Positions 17,450 to 27,265 of a stretch of 57,576 bases of DNA are shown one piece after another. The stretch spans positions 1 to 57,576 of the forward strand of contig JBBISL010000012.1 of NCBI GenBank assembly GCA_037441285.1. The letters are read 5' to 3'. The translations under genes were made by a program, and so were the position numbers. Each line of letters starts with the position of its first letter. Position 1 is the first letter of the stretch. This stretch comes from a candidate division WOR-3 bacterium (lineage in GTDB: Bacteria > Hydrothermota > Tepidihabitantia > Tepidihabitantales > Tepidihabitantaceae). A model generated the notes under the pieces. That model worked only from the letters and a program-made list of their open reading frames with translations. It ran no database searches and was not told the DNA's origin.

Positions 17450-18229
17450 ATGTTGAGTGTCGGAGTTGATGTTGGTTCGGTGAATACCAAAGTGGTGATT
17501 TATGATTTGGAAAGGGATGAGGTTGTTGCCCGGTGTGTGGCACCAACCGGAATGAAGCCAAAAGAGCAGGCAAAGAGGGTTTTTGAACGGTGTCAGGCAG
17601 ATGCCGGATTGGAGAGCCGGGCACTGGTCAGGGTTGTTGCGACCGGTTATGCCCGGCAGGCGGTTGATTTTGCCCACCAAACGGTGACCGAGATTACCGC
17701 GACGGCAAGGGGAATAAGGAAGTGGCATCCTTTTAGTCGAACGGTCATTGACATCGGGGGTCAGGACTCCAAGGTGATAGTGCTTGATGAACAAGGGCGG
17801 GTGCAGGATTTTGTGATGAACGACCGGTGTGCCGCCGGTACCGGTAGTTTCCTTGAGTTCATTGCCCGGGCGCTTAATGTGCCAATTGAGCAGTTCGGGG
17901 AGTTGAGTGCGCGGTCTCAGAAACCGGTGCTGCTTTCGAGCCTGTGTGTGGTGATGGCGGAGTCGGAAATCCTTTCGCTGGTTGCGGCTGATATACCGCG
18001 GGAGGACATCATCGCCGGTTTACATCAGGCGCTGGCCACAAGGGTTGTCAATATGGCAGCGCGGGTTAAGGTATTGCCCGAGGTGATTTTTACCGGTGGC
18101 ACCGCGCTCAATCAAGGGATGCGACAGGCACTGGAACGGGTTTTAGGGTTGAAGGTTCAAAGTTCCCAGGAGCCGTTGTTTGCGGCGGCGATGGGTGCGG
18201 CGCTCTTGGGTACGGGCGCTACCTTTTAA
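17450..18229 (+). CDS. Acyl-CoA dehydratase activase (HgdC/BadF-type ATPase, 4Fe-4S)
   Basis: GVDVGSVNTK, ATGY, TEITA, IDIGGQDSK, MNDRCAAGTG, SLCVVMAESE, TGG. Confidence 0.9.
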   Translation: MLSVGVDVGSVNTKVVIYDLERDEVVARCVAPTGMKPKEQAKRVFERCQADAGLESRALVRVVATGYARQAVDFAHQTVTEITATARGIRKWHPFSRTVIDIGGQDSKVIVLDEQGRVQDFVMNDRCAAGTGSFLEFIARALNVPIEQFGELSARSQKPVLLSSLCVVMAESEILSLVAADIPREDIIAGLHQALATRVVNMAARVKVLPEVIFTGGTALNQGMRQALERVLGLKVQSSQEPLFAAAMGAALLGTGATF

Positions 18230-19565
18230 GGACAATCAGGCGCTGCCGAGTTCCGTCTTTCAAGGTGAAGAAGAGTCCAGTAGCACGGGAGGGCGCGACG
18301 ATTCTACCGGTGATGTCGTAGAGGGGGGGTGAATTTGCCGGTAGCGAGTTGAGATGAACGGTTGCCACGGCGGGATGATAGTTGAGATACTGTTCCTCGG
18401 ATTCGACCGTCTGCCAGAAGTTCTGGTAGGTGGCGAGGACAAGTTGACAGATTGAGTCGGTCAGGGTTCGTGCTGCTTCCCGGGAAGGGCCGGTGTTCCC
18501 CCATTCGGCTTCGTATCGGGCAACCAGGTCAAAAATTGTTGACTCAATTGGCGCGATAAACTGTAACCAGCGGGCAAGACGCTGGGTGTTGATTGCCTTG
18601 GGATGTTCGGAAAGCGGGTAAAGGTAACTTACCAGCCGCTGGGCTTCGTCACAGATGGGTGCGGTGATGGTGCCGTCAAGGTAGGAGGGTACGGTTTCGG
18701 CAACCTCCCATATCGGGATGGGCAGGGTGGCAACCGGTTGACCAAGAAGCACCCACATCATTCCAGTTCGCGGATGAGTACCGGGCGCGGGTCCAACCAT
18801 TATTTCAACCGAACGGGTCTGGGAGCGGCAGATGGTGGTGTCGGTGGGAAGGTAACCAAAGGGCAGGGAGCCGAATTTACCCAGAAAAGGTAACGGGTAT
18901 GGGTCAAATCCGACCTGGCCCAGGTCGCGGGCAAGGGTGCCGATGATAAAAGGGAGATTGAGCCGGTTTTCGTGAAAGGCGGCGCGGCACAGTTGTTGTG
19001 CCCGCTCAAAGCGGTTTTTCCCTAAAATTCGGCTTGGACCACCGGACATTGAGTAGTTTGCCCGGATGAGAAATCCCAGGGAGTCGTCTTTAGCGTCGTA
19101 GCGGGTATAGGATGTGTAGCCGGCTTCAAAGATGGCGGTGGCACCGGTAGAGTCATACACCCCGAAGTTTGCCGGGGTTTCCCGGCCGACCATGTTCAAG
19201 GAGTCAAGGAGACGGGCAAAATCTTCCACCGTGGCACAAGTACCCAGGGCGAGGCGCATGATGTTACCGTCGTCAGCGCTGGTAATGTTGGCGGTGAGGT
19301 TGTAGGAGTTGGAGTTCATAATTGCAAACCCGGCTTCATTGATGCCCGCCCAGACATCGAGCGTTTCCCCGGCATAAACATTGGCGATAAACCGAAACCG
19401 GGGACCGCACAGGAACTTCATCTCCTGGTCGGGGTTGGTGACATCGCGGTTTTTCCAGAGAACGGTTCGACCTTCGCTGAGCGCGGTTGGACCGAAGGCG
19501 CCGATGGTGCAGGCGCTCGTAATACTCAGGGTGAGGAGAAATCCGAAGAGGAGATTAAATCTCAT
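18219..19565 (-). CDS. Secreted Ntn-hydrolase (peptidase C45/carcinine hydrolase-like) with T9SS-like tail
   Basis: Signal peptide followed directly by nucleophile SAC-T, WKNRD, GINEAG, RANYS; YDITGR tail; start chosen at MRFNLL. Confidence 0.75.
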   Translation of the reverse strand: MRFNLLFGFLLTLSITSACTIGAFGPTALSEGRTVLWKNRDVTNPDQEMKFLCGPRFRFIANVYAGETLDVWAGINEAGFAIMNSNSYNLTANITSADDGNIMRLALGTCATVEDFARLLDSLNMVGRETPANFGVYDSTGATAIFEAGYTSYTRYDAKDDSLGFLIRANYSMSGGPSRILGKNRFERAQQLCRAAFHENRLNLPFIIGTLARDLGQVGFDPYPLPFLGKFGSLPFGYLPTDTTICRSQTRSVEIMVGPAPGTHPRTGMMWVLLGQPVATLPIPIWEVAETVPSYLDGTITAPICDEAQRLVSYLYPLSEHPKAINTQRLARWLQFIAPIESTIFDLVARYEAEWGNTGPSREAARTLTDSICQLVLATYQNFWQTVESEEQYLNYHPAVATVHLNSLPANSPPLYDITGRIVAPSRATGLFFTLKDGTRQRLIVLKR

Positions 19566-20676
19566 TGCGCAGACTCCGCTTGATTTCTTTACAGAGCGCG
19601 TCAATAAGCCGGGATTCGGGATAGGTGCCGATTACTTTGCCTTTGACAAATAGGACACCTTTCCCTTTGCCGCCGGCGATGCCAAAGTCGGCTTCGCGGG
19701 CTTCACCCGGTCCATTGACAACACAGCCCATAACCGCAACCTTTAGTGGTACGGTGATGCCCCGAAGTTTTTTCTTGACCTGACGGGTCAAGCGGACGAT
19801 GTCAATTCGGGTACGGCCACAACCCGGACAGGAGTAGATGACGGGTCCAATCTGACGCAGGTTAAGGGCGGCGAGAAGTTCGTAGGCGGCAATGACTTCA
19901 AGGACCGGGTCACCGGTAAGGGAAATACGGATGGTGTCACCGATGCCCTGACGCAAAAGCGGGGCAAGCGCGGCGGCAGAGCGAACACTGCCTTCCAGCG
20001 GTGGTCCGGCTTCGGTCAAACCGATATGCAGGGGATAGGGGAAGTTGCGGGCGAGTTCTTCGTTTACGGCAATCAGGTCTTCAGCGACGGTGGTTTTTGC
20101 GGAAAGAACAAGGGCTTTGAAGCCCAGTCTTTCAAACGGTTCAAGGGCGCGCGCCATCGCTTCCATCAGCGCTTTGACTTCAGGATGAGGGTAGCGAGCC
20201 CGAACCGCTCGGGGCAGGGAGCCGGCATTGACTCCGATGCGGATGGCTACGCCCCGGTCCTGCGCGGCACGGATAATCGCTTCAACCCGTCGGACCGAGC
20301 CGATATTGCCCGGGTTGATGCGGATTTTGTCAAAGCCGGCTTTGATTGCGGTAAGTGCCAGACGATAGTCAAAGTGGATGTCAGCAATCAAGGGCAGGTC
20401 AACTCGCGCCCGGATTTCGGGTAAGGCGGCTGCCGCGGTGGCATCGGGCACCGCAATCCGCACCAGTTCACATCCGGCAAGCGCCAGCCGGCGGATTGAA
20501 CGCACCGTGGCGTCGACATCGTCGGTACGAGTTTTGGCCATTGATTGAACCCGTACGGGCGCACCGCCGCCGAGCTGAATGTTACGCACCAGAACTGGAA
20601 ATGACCGGCGTTTAGGCGGGTTTGATGCGCTTGATTTTACCGCCGAGATGGGCGATTTTCTTTTCGAGGTGTTCAT
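19555..20676 (-). CDS. ispG: 4-hydroxy-3-methylbut-2-en-1-yl diphosphate synthase
   Basis: VQSM, ADIHFD, RINPGNIG, IRIGVNAGSL, HIGLTEAG, SCPGCGR, MGCVVNGPGEA; start position uncertain. Confidence 0.95.
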   Translation of the reverse strand: MNTSKRKSPISAVKSSASNPPKRRSFPVLVRNIQLGGGAPVRVQSMAKTRTDDVDATVRSIRRLALAGCELVRIAVPDATAAAALPEIRARVDLPLIADIHFDYRLALTAIKAGFDKIRINPGNIGSVRRVEAIIRAAQDRGVAIRIGVNAGSLPRAVRARYPHPEVKALMEAMARALEPFERLGFKALVLSAKTTVAEDLIAVNEELARNFPYPLHIGLTEAGPPLEGSVRSAAALAPLLRQGIGDTIRISLTGDPVLEVIAAYELLAALNLRQIGPVIYSCPGCGRTRIDIVRLTRQVKKKLRGITVPLKVAVMGCVVNGPGEAREADFGIAGGKGKGVLFVKGKVIGTYPESRLIDALCKEIKRSLRNEI

Positions 20677-21877
20677 AGCCCCGGTCAAGGTGATAGATAC
20701 GAAGAATCTCGGTTTTGCCCCGAGCGGCAAGCCCGGCAAGAACCAGCGCCGCTGAGGCGCGCAGGTCCGATGCCATTACCTGAGCGCCCTGGAGTTTTTC
20801 GACACCATGAATTATTGCCATATTGCCGTTGATGTCGATGGAAGCACCCATCCGGTTAAGTTCCAGGGCGTGGAGAAATCGGGACTCAAAGATGTTTTCA
20901 GTAATGGTGCTGGTACCGTCGGCAATTGTCAGAAGGGCAGTAAACTGAGCTTGCAGGTCGGTGGGGAATCCGGGATAGGGCGCGGTGGAGATTTTTGTCG
21001 CCCGGGGACGGGATTTCATCTCAACCTGAATGCTTGTCTGGTCGATCTCAATTCGGGCACCAATCTCTTTTAGTTTGGTTAGAACCGCGGTGAGGTGTTC
21101 AGGCTGGCAGTCGGTAATCTTAATTGAGCCCCGGGTGATGGCAGCAGCAACCGCAAATGTGCCGGCTTCAATTCGGTCGGCAATGGGCCGATGGGTGGCG
21201 CCGGAGAGTTCTTTAACTCCCTGAACTCGAATTTCCGGTGTGCCGGCACCGAAAATCCGGGCACCCATTGCGTTGAGAAAATTTGCGAGGTCAATCACTT
21301 CCGGTTCGCAGGCAGCGCCTTCTATGACCGTTTCGCCCCGGGCAAGCGTTGCTGCCATCATCGTGTTGATAGTGGCACCGACACTGGGACCTTTGTATCC
21401 TTCGAGCATCATCGTGTTACCTTTTAATTTTTTTGCCCGAGCGTGAATATAGCCCCGCTCCACCGAAACTTTAGCACCGAGTGCAGTGATGCCTTTGATG
21501 TGGAGGTCAACCGGTCGTGGTCCAATGGCGCAACCACCAGGGAGCGATACCCGGCAGGTGCCAAACCGGGCAAGGAGCGGTCCCAAAACATAGTAACTGG
21601 CGCGCATTTTTCGGACGATGTCATATGGTGCCTCCTGATTCAGTTTCCCCCGGGCGGTGAGATGCACGGTGCGGTTCTTTTGCTCAATACGCACGCCAAT
21701 CACCCGAAGGAGTTTGAGCATAGTATTGACATCTTCCAGAGCCGGAACATCTTCAATGGTACAGGTGTCTTCGGTTAAGAGACAGGCAGCAAGCAAAGGA
21801 AGGACAGCATTCTTGGCCCGGGCGGTTGATACCGTCCCTTTTAAGGGTTCGCCACCCTGAATTAGAAAACGGTCCAT
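20612..21877 (-). CDS. murA: UDP-N-acetylglucosamine 1-carboxyvinyltransferase
   Basis: AKNAVLP, MRAS, LPGGCAIGPRPVDLH, DRIEAGT, PGFPTDLQ, DLRA, HLDRGY. Confidence 0.96.
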   Translation of the reverse strand: MDRFLIQGGEPLKGTVSTARAKNAVLPLLAACLLTEDTCTIEDVPALEDVNTMLKLLRVIGVRIEQKNRTVHLTARGKLNQEAPYDIVRKMRASYYVLGPLLARFGTCRVSLPGGCAIGPRPVDLHIKGITALGAKVSVERGYIHARAKKLKGNTMMLEGYKGPSVGATINTMMAATLARGETVIEGAACEPEVIDLANFLNAMGARIFGAGTPEIRVQGVKELSGATHRPIADRIEAGTFAVAAAITRGSIKITDCQPEHLTAVLTKLKEIGARIEIDQTSIQVEMKSRPRATKISTAPYPGFPTDLQAQFTALLTIADGTSTITENIFESRFLHALELNRMGASIDINGNMAIIHGVEKLQGAQVMASDLRASAALVLAGLAARGKTEILRIYHLDRGYEHLEKKIAHLGGKIKRIKPA

Positions 21878-21985
21878 CTCATTATTTTCGACCATTCTCT
21901 GGTAAAGTCAAGGAGATGCTGTACAGTTGGGTGGCTAAAATCGTGGAAATGTTATTTTCCGGCGGGATTTGGTTGATAAATATGT

Positions 21986-22014
21986 TTGACATTTACATTT
22001 TCAGCGTTTATATT
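21986..22014 (+). promoter_or_regulatory. sigma70-type promoter
   Basis: TTGACA-17 nt-TATATT. Confidence 0.65.
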
Positions 22015-22071
22015 AATAAAGGTAAGTTAATATGTTTAATTGCCCTGACAACAGGGCAGTAAGGAGGTATA

Positions 22072-23886
22072 ATGTTAGTAACTCTCGTCGTATCGTTGGT
22101 CATCGCCCTGAGCCCGGGCGGAATGCAAAGCAGTCTCCCGCCGGTTTGGGGTGGTGGTGGTCCGGATTCTTTCGGGTATCGGTACTTTGATTCCGATACC
22201 GTTTGCCCGGAGGCGCCCACCTACAACTGGATTAACATCAAAGGCATCGGCACGCGGGTAGCCGGTTTGGGCGATGACAATGTTGTTGGTCCAATTGACA
22301 TCGGATTCGATTTCCCTTACTACTGGTACAAAGTACAGCAGGTTTACATCGGTTCCAACGGGTACATCGCATTTCACGACAATGCGCTAGCGGCTTCGCC
22401 GTTTCCAAGAGTTCCTGCGCCCAATCGACCCAACAACACCGTGGCGCCGATGATGAGCGATATCGACTGTTCGGCATCGGGTTCACCAAACGGTTCGGTC
22501 TGGTACTGGCGCAGTGCCGACAACGACACCTTTATTGTTGAGTATGACAGCGTCCGGTTCTGGTCAACCGGTGGCAACAACACATTCCAGATTATTCTGT
22601 CCCGACCGGATTCTTCGATTACCTTCCAGTATAAGGAGCAGTCAGGTGCACCTTACAACGGCTGGGTGCCAGAGGCCAACCAGTGCGGGATTGAAAATGT
22701 GTCGGGAAGAATCGGGCTAAACTACCTCTCGGGTAACATCCCACCCGGCAATATGTACCATCCGGAGCTGGCGGTTAAGTTCATTCCGCCCGAATCGACC
22801 ACGCTGCAGGTCCATGATGCGGCGGTGCGCAATGCGATGAACGACCGGTCTGGTGGTATGTTTGTTGTCAATGGGCAACCGATTACCTTCTGGGCGGTGA
22901 TTGCCAACACCGGTAATCAGCCCGAGAGTCAGTTTAAGGCGCTGGTGCGAGTGCGTTCCCAGGTGGGGTCGGTGTTGTTTATCGATTCCACGATGGTCAG
23001 TGCGCTTAATCCGGCTGAGACGGACTCGGTAGTGTTCAGTCGCACCTGGACACCGAGCTCGAACGGGGTCTATACGATTCAGGCAATAAGCAAACTACCC
23101 GGTGATGCGGTACCGGTTAACGATACGGTAACAATTGAGTTGCGGGTTGTTACCCTGCCGGCAACCTTGACTTATGACCGGGGTACGCCAACCAACTCAA
23201 TGTACTGGAATGGACCAGGTGGGTTTGGTAACCGCTTTGTTCCGCCGGTTTATCCCTGCACCTTGACCAGCGCCCGGGTTTACATGTCAGCAACAACAAC
23301 GACACCCTGTGCGATTGGTATCTATGACGACAACGGATTAGGTGGCAGTCCGGGTGATACGCTCTACCTCACCACAGTTCAGGTCAGTACCGAAAACTGG
23401 TACACCATTACCCTGCCGAGCCCAATCGTGATTGAGGATGGTGCCTTCTTTGTTGGTGCCACTTCTGAGGTAAGTGGCTCTCCCTCGTTTGGTATGGATT
23501 CGGTGCCACCGCTTTCCTATCAGGGCTGGGAGTATACCGGTGTCTGGGCACCTTCGCGGGACGCTTCGGCAAGAGATGTGATGGCAAATGTGACGGTTTC
23601 GGGTGCGGTTGGTGTTCTGGAACCTGCGCCGGAGGTTACGCCGGTACGCCGGGTTGTTGAAGTAAGTCCCAATCCGGCATCAGATGCGGTTACCGTACGG
23701 CTTGTTAATCGGACAGGCGGTATCCAGACCGTGGAACTTTATAATGCGGTTGGTACGGTTGTGCAAAGCTCTGAGGTAAGAGACGAACGGGTTGTTTTTG
23801 ATACCAGGCAAATGCCCGCCGGCGTCTACTTTGTCCGCGTGAAGAACAGTGATTATTCGGTAGCGAAACTGGTAATCCAGCGGTAA
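22072..23886 (+). CDS. Secreted protein with nidogen-like N-terminal domain, CARDB domain and T9SS-type CTD
   Basis: AAGGAGG RBS; GGPDSFGY, IGFDFPYY, SNGYIAF, TFQIIL; SPNPAS...GVYFV...KLVIQR. Confidence 0.8.
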   Translation: MLVTLVVSLVIALSPGGMQSSLPPVWGGGGPDSFGYRYFDSDTVCPEAPTYNWINIKGIGTRVAGLGDDNVVGPIDIGFDFPYYWYKVQQVYIGSNGYIAFHDNALAASPFPRVPAPNRPNNTVAPMMSDIDCSASGSPNGSVWYWRSADNDTFIVEYDSVRFWSTGGNNTFQIILSRPDSSITFQYKEQSGAPYNGWVPEANQCGIENVSGRIGLNYLSGNIPPGNMYHPELAVKFIPPESTTLQVHDAAVRNAMNDRSGGMFVVNGQPITFWAVIANTGNQPESQFKALVRVRSQVGSVLFIDSTMVSALNPAETDSVVFSRTWTPSSNGVYTIQAISKLPGDAVPVNDTVTIELRVVTLPATLTYDRGTPTNSMYWNGPGGFGNRFVPPVYPCTLTSARVYMSATTTTPCAIGIYDDNGLGGSPGDTLYLTTVQVSTENWYTITLPSPIVIEDGAFFVGATSEVSGSPSFGMDSVPPLSYQGWEYTGVWAPSRDASARDVMANVTVSGAVGVLEPAPEVTPVRRVVEVSPNPASDAVTVRLVNRTGGIQTVELYNAVGTVVQSSEVRDERVVFDTRQMPAGVYFVRVKNSDYSVAKLVIQR

Positions 23887-23905
23887 CGGCTTTCACGGTA
23901 AATCG

Positions 23906-23939
23906 GGTTGGGCGGTCTTGCAAGACCGCCCAACCTTTT
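23906..23939 (+). terminator. Intrinsic terminator between convergent genes
   Basis: Perfect 30-nt palindrome GGTTGGGCGGTCTTG-CAAGACCGCCCAACC followed by TTTT. Confidence 0.8.
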
Positions 23940-23946
23940 AATCTAA

Positions 23947-24687
23947 CTATTTCTCGAGGTTGAGATGAAAGCTGGTGTAGCGGTTGATCAGTTGCGTAAG
24001 GTGGGATGGTAGCGTTAAGCTGGTAAGTTGTGCCATCGGTGTATGAAGGAGTGTTTTCAGGAGTTCAATTTCCGGGGCGGTTAGTTCGATACCTTCATTT
24101 GGTGCGGAGGGCTTATTTTCCTTTCTGATACAGTTGGGACAGAGTAAACCACCCCGGCGGATGACAAACCACGCCGGTGATGAGTCAAGGGGTTGATGAC
24201 AGCGGGCACAACGGTCAAAGCGCGGACGGAATCCCAAAAAAGAGGTGGCTTTAAGCAGGAAAGAACCAACCAGTCCGTTCAGTTCACCCGATTCCTGAGG
24301 TGCTTGAGCAATCACGGTCAGTGTCGTTTCCAGCAGGGTGAACAGTCTTGGTTCAGGGTGGTTGTGGAGCAGGGCGTGCAGCAGAAATTGGTTGATGCGG
24401 GTCGCGGCAAGAAACCTTTCATAGTACCGGGCGATTGCGGGGTAACTGGTGATGAGTTCGGCATCACTCAAAGTGGCAAGACCGCTCGTCTTGGACAGAT
24501 AGATGGTTATTTCGGAACGGGCGAAAAGGTCAAGGGCGGCACCAAGCCGGCTTTTGGGTCGGCGGGCACCGCGGGCAATAGCGGTTACCAAGCCAAGGTC
24601 GGGCGTGAGCAGAGTGACGATGCGGGATGATTCGCGCCAGTTGCGTACCCGCAGGCAGATGGCGCTTGTTTTTACAATACGACGCAC
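23947..24687 (-). CDS. recO: DNA repair protein RecO
   Basis: ESSRIVTLLT...ARGAR.PKSR, Zn finger CARC...CPNC. Confidence 0.9.
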   Translation of the reverse strand: MRRIVKTSAICLRVRNWRESSRIVTLLTPDLGLVTAIARGARRPKSRLGAALDLFARSEITIYLSKTSGLATLSDAELITSYPAIARYYERFLAATRINQFLLHALLHNHPEPRLFTLLETTLTVIAQAPQESGELNGLVGSFLLKATSFLGFRPRFDRCARCHQPLDSSPAWFVIRRGGLLCPNCIRKENKPSAPNEGIELTAPEIELLKTLLHTPMAQLTSLTLPSHLTQLINRYTSFHLNLEK

Positions 24688-25632
24688 TCAATCCTCGCTG
24701 CGAATCTCGCCGACCAGTTCCTCAATCAGGTCTTCAAGGGTCACGATGCCGAGTGTGTTACCCGAGGAGTTGAAGACAATTGACAGGTGTTCGCCCCGCT
24801 GTTGCATCTGGCGCAGGACATCAAGTGCCCGACTGTTTTCCGGGAGGTGCTGGACCGGTCGCACCCGGACCATTTTTTCAGAATTCGTTCCCGGCGAGAC
24901 GACTTCCAGTAAGTCCTTCGCGACGATGACACCGATGATATTGTCCGGTGTCCCCTGATACACAGGTATCCGACTGTAACCATACTGATTAAGTAATGCC
25001 AGAACCGTATTGAGGTCCGAATCGGCGGGCACAGATTTAACCTGTTTAATCGGGATGGCAATTTCGCTTACCTTCATTTGAGAGAAGCGAAACAGCCGCG
25101 CCGCCATATTTGCGGTCGTGGGCCGGCCGGCAAATGTCTGTTCGCGCTGGGCGATAACTTTGAGGAAGTCGTCCCGGCTGATACTGGTGCTTCGGGTACG
25201 GGGCAGGAGTCGAGCCAGCAAGTAAGTAGCGGGCGCAAAACCAATCCGGCTGAGATTTAAGAGGAAGGCGGTTGTTCGTAACCACCGACTGGGTAGAGAT
25301 TGGGCGATTGTCTTAGGTAAATAATCACCGAGAATCAAAATGAGAAGCACAACCAATAGTACGGCAAGGGGTGTAAAACCGGCACCCAGATGCGTGACAA
25401 AATATCGCTGGAACAGGATGGTGGCAAAGACGCTGGCAAGGTTTGTGCCAACAATGGTGGCGATAAGGGTCGGTCCGATTTTTTCCAATGCGATGAGGGC
25501 ATCGCGCGCGCCCGCAAGGCGGTTTTTTGCCCAGTGGTTGATGCGGACCCAGTTCGCGCGGTAAAGGGCGGTTTCCGAGCCGGCATAGAAACCGGTGAGG
25601 AGGATTAAAAGAAAACCGGCAAGGAGTTCCAT
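24688..25632 (-). CDS. CNNM/DUF21-CBS domain membrane protein (hemolysin family)
   Basis: GSETAL, GTNL, YLPK, YSRIPVY, GIVTLEDLIEELVGEI. Confidence 0.88.
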   Translation of the reverse strand: MELLAGFLLILLTGFYAGSETALYRANWVRINHWAKNRLAGARDALIALEKIGPTLIATIVGTNLASVFATILFQRYFVTHLGAGFTPLAVLLVVLLILILGDYLPKTIAQSLPSRWLRTTAFLLNLSRIGFAPATYLLARLLPRTRSTSISRDDFLKVIAQREQTFAGRPTTANMAARLFRFSQMKVSEIAIPIKQVKSVPADSDLNTVLALLNQYGYSRIPVYQGTPDNIIGVIVAKDLLEVVSPGTNSEKMVRVRPVQHLPENSRALDVLRQMQQRGEHLSIVFNSSGNTLGIVTLEDLIEELVGEIRSED

Positions 25633-25635
25633 CGT

Positions 25636-26853
25636 TCAGGCTCCGGCCCGTTTTATCAATACCTTTTCCAGTTTGTGTTCCGAGACTTCCTGGACGACAA
25701 TTTCCAGTTTATTCAATTTAATACGGTCACCGGGCTGAGGCAAACGTCCGAGATGGTCCTGGATGAGTGCCGAAAGCCGTTCGAAATTGAAAGGGCGAAA
25801 GGCGTTGGCAAAAAGCCGGTTGAGAGTGGCAAGGTCAATTTCACCGTCAACCAGAAAGGCGCCGTCGGAAACCTTTTTGTAAGGTAGTTCTTCGGCAAGG
25901 TCAAACTCGTCGGCAATTTCGCCGAAAATTGCCTCGAGGATGTCTTCAAGCGTGACCAAGCCGGCGGTCTGGCCAAATTCGTCAACCACGATGGCGATGT
26001 GGGAATTTTTGCGGCGCAGTTCGTCAAGCAATGCAAGGAGTTTTTTCACCTCGGGTACAAAATAAGGGGTGCGAGCAAAAGTTTTAACTGGTAAATCAGG
26101 GTTCGGGGCGGTGAGTAGTTCTTTTGCGTAAACAACGCCGGTGATTTGTTCGAGATTGTCCCGAAAAATTGGCAACCGGGAAAATCCACTTTCTCGACAG
26201 ACCCGTAACGCTTGCGCTACCGGGGTATGTTCGGGCACGGCGATGATATCGCTCCGGGGCGTCATTACTTCTGATACGGTACGTCGGTCGAGGTCAACCA
26301 GATTGCGCAGGATTTCCTCTTCGCCCGATAGGAAGATACCTTTCTCTTTTCCCAGTTCAATCATCGTATGCAGTTCATCGTCGGTTAAGGTGGCTTTTTC
26401 CTGAGGGAAAATGGCAAGGAGGGCGTTGAACCGGTCAAGGAGATGGGTGAAAGGTGAAAGGATGAAATGGGTTACTTCAACAATTGGCACAAAGAGCAGG
26501 GCGGACTTTTGGGGATTAAGACGGGCAATAACTTTGGGTGAAATTTCACCAAATACCAGAAGGAGACCGGTCATCACGATGCCGCCAATGCCGAGGATGC
26601 CAGTGGTGTTTATCCCGGTGCGGCGGGCAAGGTTGATTAGAAATAGCGTAAAGAGAGCGGTGGCGGTGGTGTTGACCAGAAGATTGCCAAGGAGAAGTGT
26701 GCCGAGGAGTCGGCGGGGTTGGTCAAGCAGGCGCTTTAACTTTGGTAACTCGGGAATGCGCCAGGTCGGTATCGAGAAAAACGCCGCTTCTGAGCCGGAA
26801 AAAACCGCAGATAGGATTAGTAAAACACCGGTACCGGCAAGGAGAATAAACAT
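25636..26853 (-). CDS. CNNM/DUF21-CBS-CorC domain membrane protein (hemolysin family)
   Basis: SGSEAAFFS, GEISPK, VMTPR, FSRLP, VVDEFG, TLEDILE, CorC C-terminal domain. Confidence 0.9.
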   Translation of the reverse strand: MFILLAGTGVLLILSAVFSGSEAAFFSIPTWRIPELPKLKRLLDQPRRLLGTLLLGNLLVNTTATALFTLFLINLARRTGINTTGILGIGGIVMTGLLLVFGEISPKVIARLNPQKSALLFVPIVEVTHFILSPFTHLLDRFNALLAIFPQEKATLTDDELHTMIELGKEKGIFLSGEEEILRNLVDLDRRTVSEVMTPRSDIIAVPEHTPVAQALRVCRESGFSRLPIFRDNLEQITGVVYAKELLTAPNPDLPVKTFARTPYFVPEVKKLLALLDELRRKNSHIAIVVDEFGQTAGLVTLEDILEAIFGEIADEFDLAEELPYKKVSDGAFLVDGEIDLATLNRLFANAFRPFNFERLSALIQDHLGRLPQPGDRIKLNKLEIVVQEVSEHKLEKVLIKRAGA

Positions 26854-26866
26854 CGGCGGCGAAAGA

Positions 26867-27265
26867 TTAGTTTAGTTTTTCCATCTGGGCGTGGGAAAGC
26901 CCGGCAATGTGGAGCAAGCCGTGTTGCACCAGAAAGAGCAGTTCATCGCGTAGCCGGATGCCTGCCTGTTTTGCCTGGAGCCGCGCCTGCTCGCGGGAGA
27001 TGTAGATTTCACCGACAAGTTGGGGGGCGGTTTTCCGACCTGGCACAAGGGGTGTATCAAGACGGAACGAGAGGACATCGGTCGGACGGTCTTTTCCCAA
27101 AAACTGACGGTTGAGCCGATGGATATACCGGTTGTTGACAAAGATGATATTAACTTTACCTTGGGGCGACTTTTTTCCCAGCGCTCGGCTGATACGCCGA
27201 ACCAGTTGTTTTATCTGTTGCTGGAAAAGAACGTCCTGTGTCCCGAATATCTCAACCTGTAGCAT
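26867..27265 (-). CDS. ybeY: rRNA maturation endoribonuclease YbeY
   Basis: [33 protein letters not shown]; start chosen at the ATG overlapping the phoH end. Confidence 0.9.
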   Translation of the reverse strand: MLQVEIFGTQDVLFQQQIKQLVRRISRALGKKSPQGKVNIIFVNNRYIHRLNRQFLGKDRPTDVLSFRLDTPLVPGRKTAPQLVGEIYISREQARLQAKQAGIRLRDELLFLVQHGLLHIAGLSHAQMEKLN

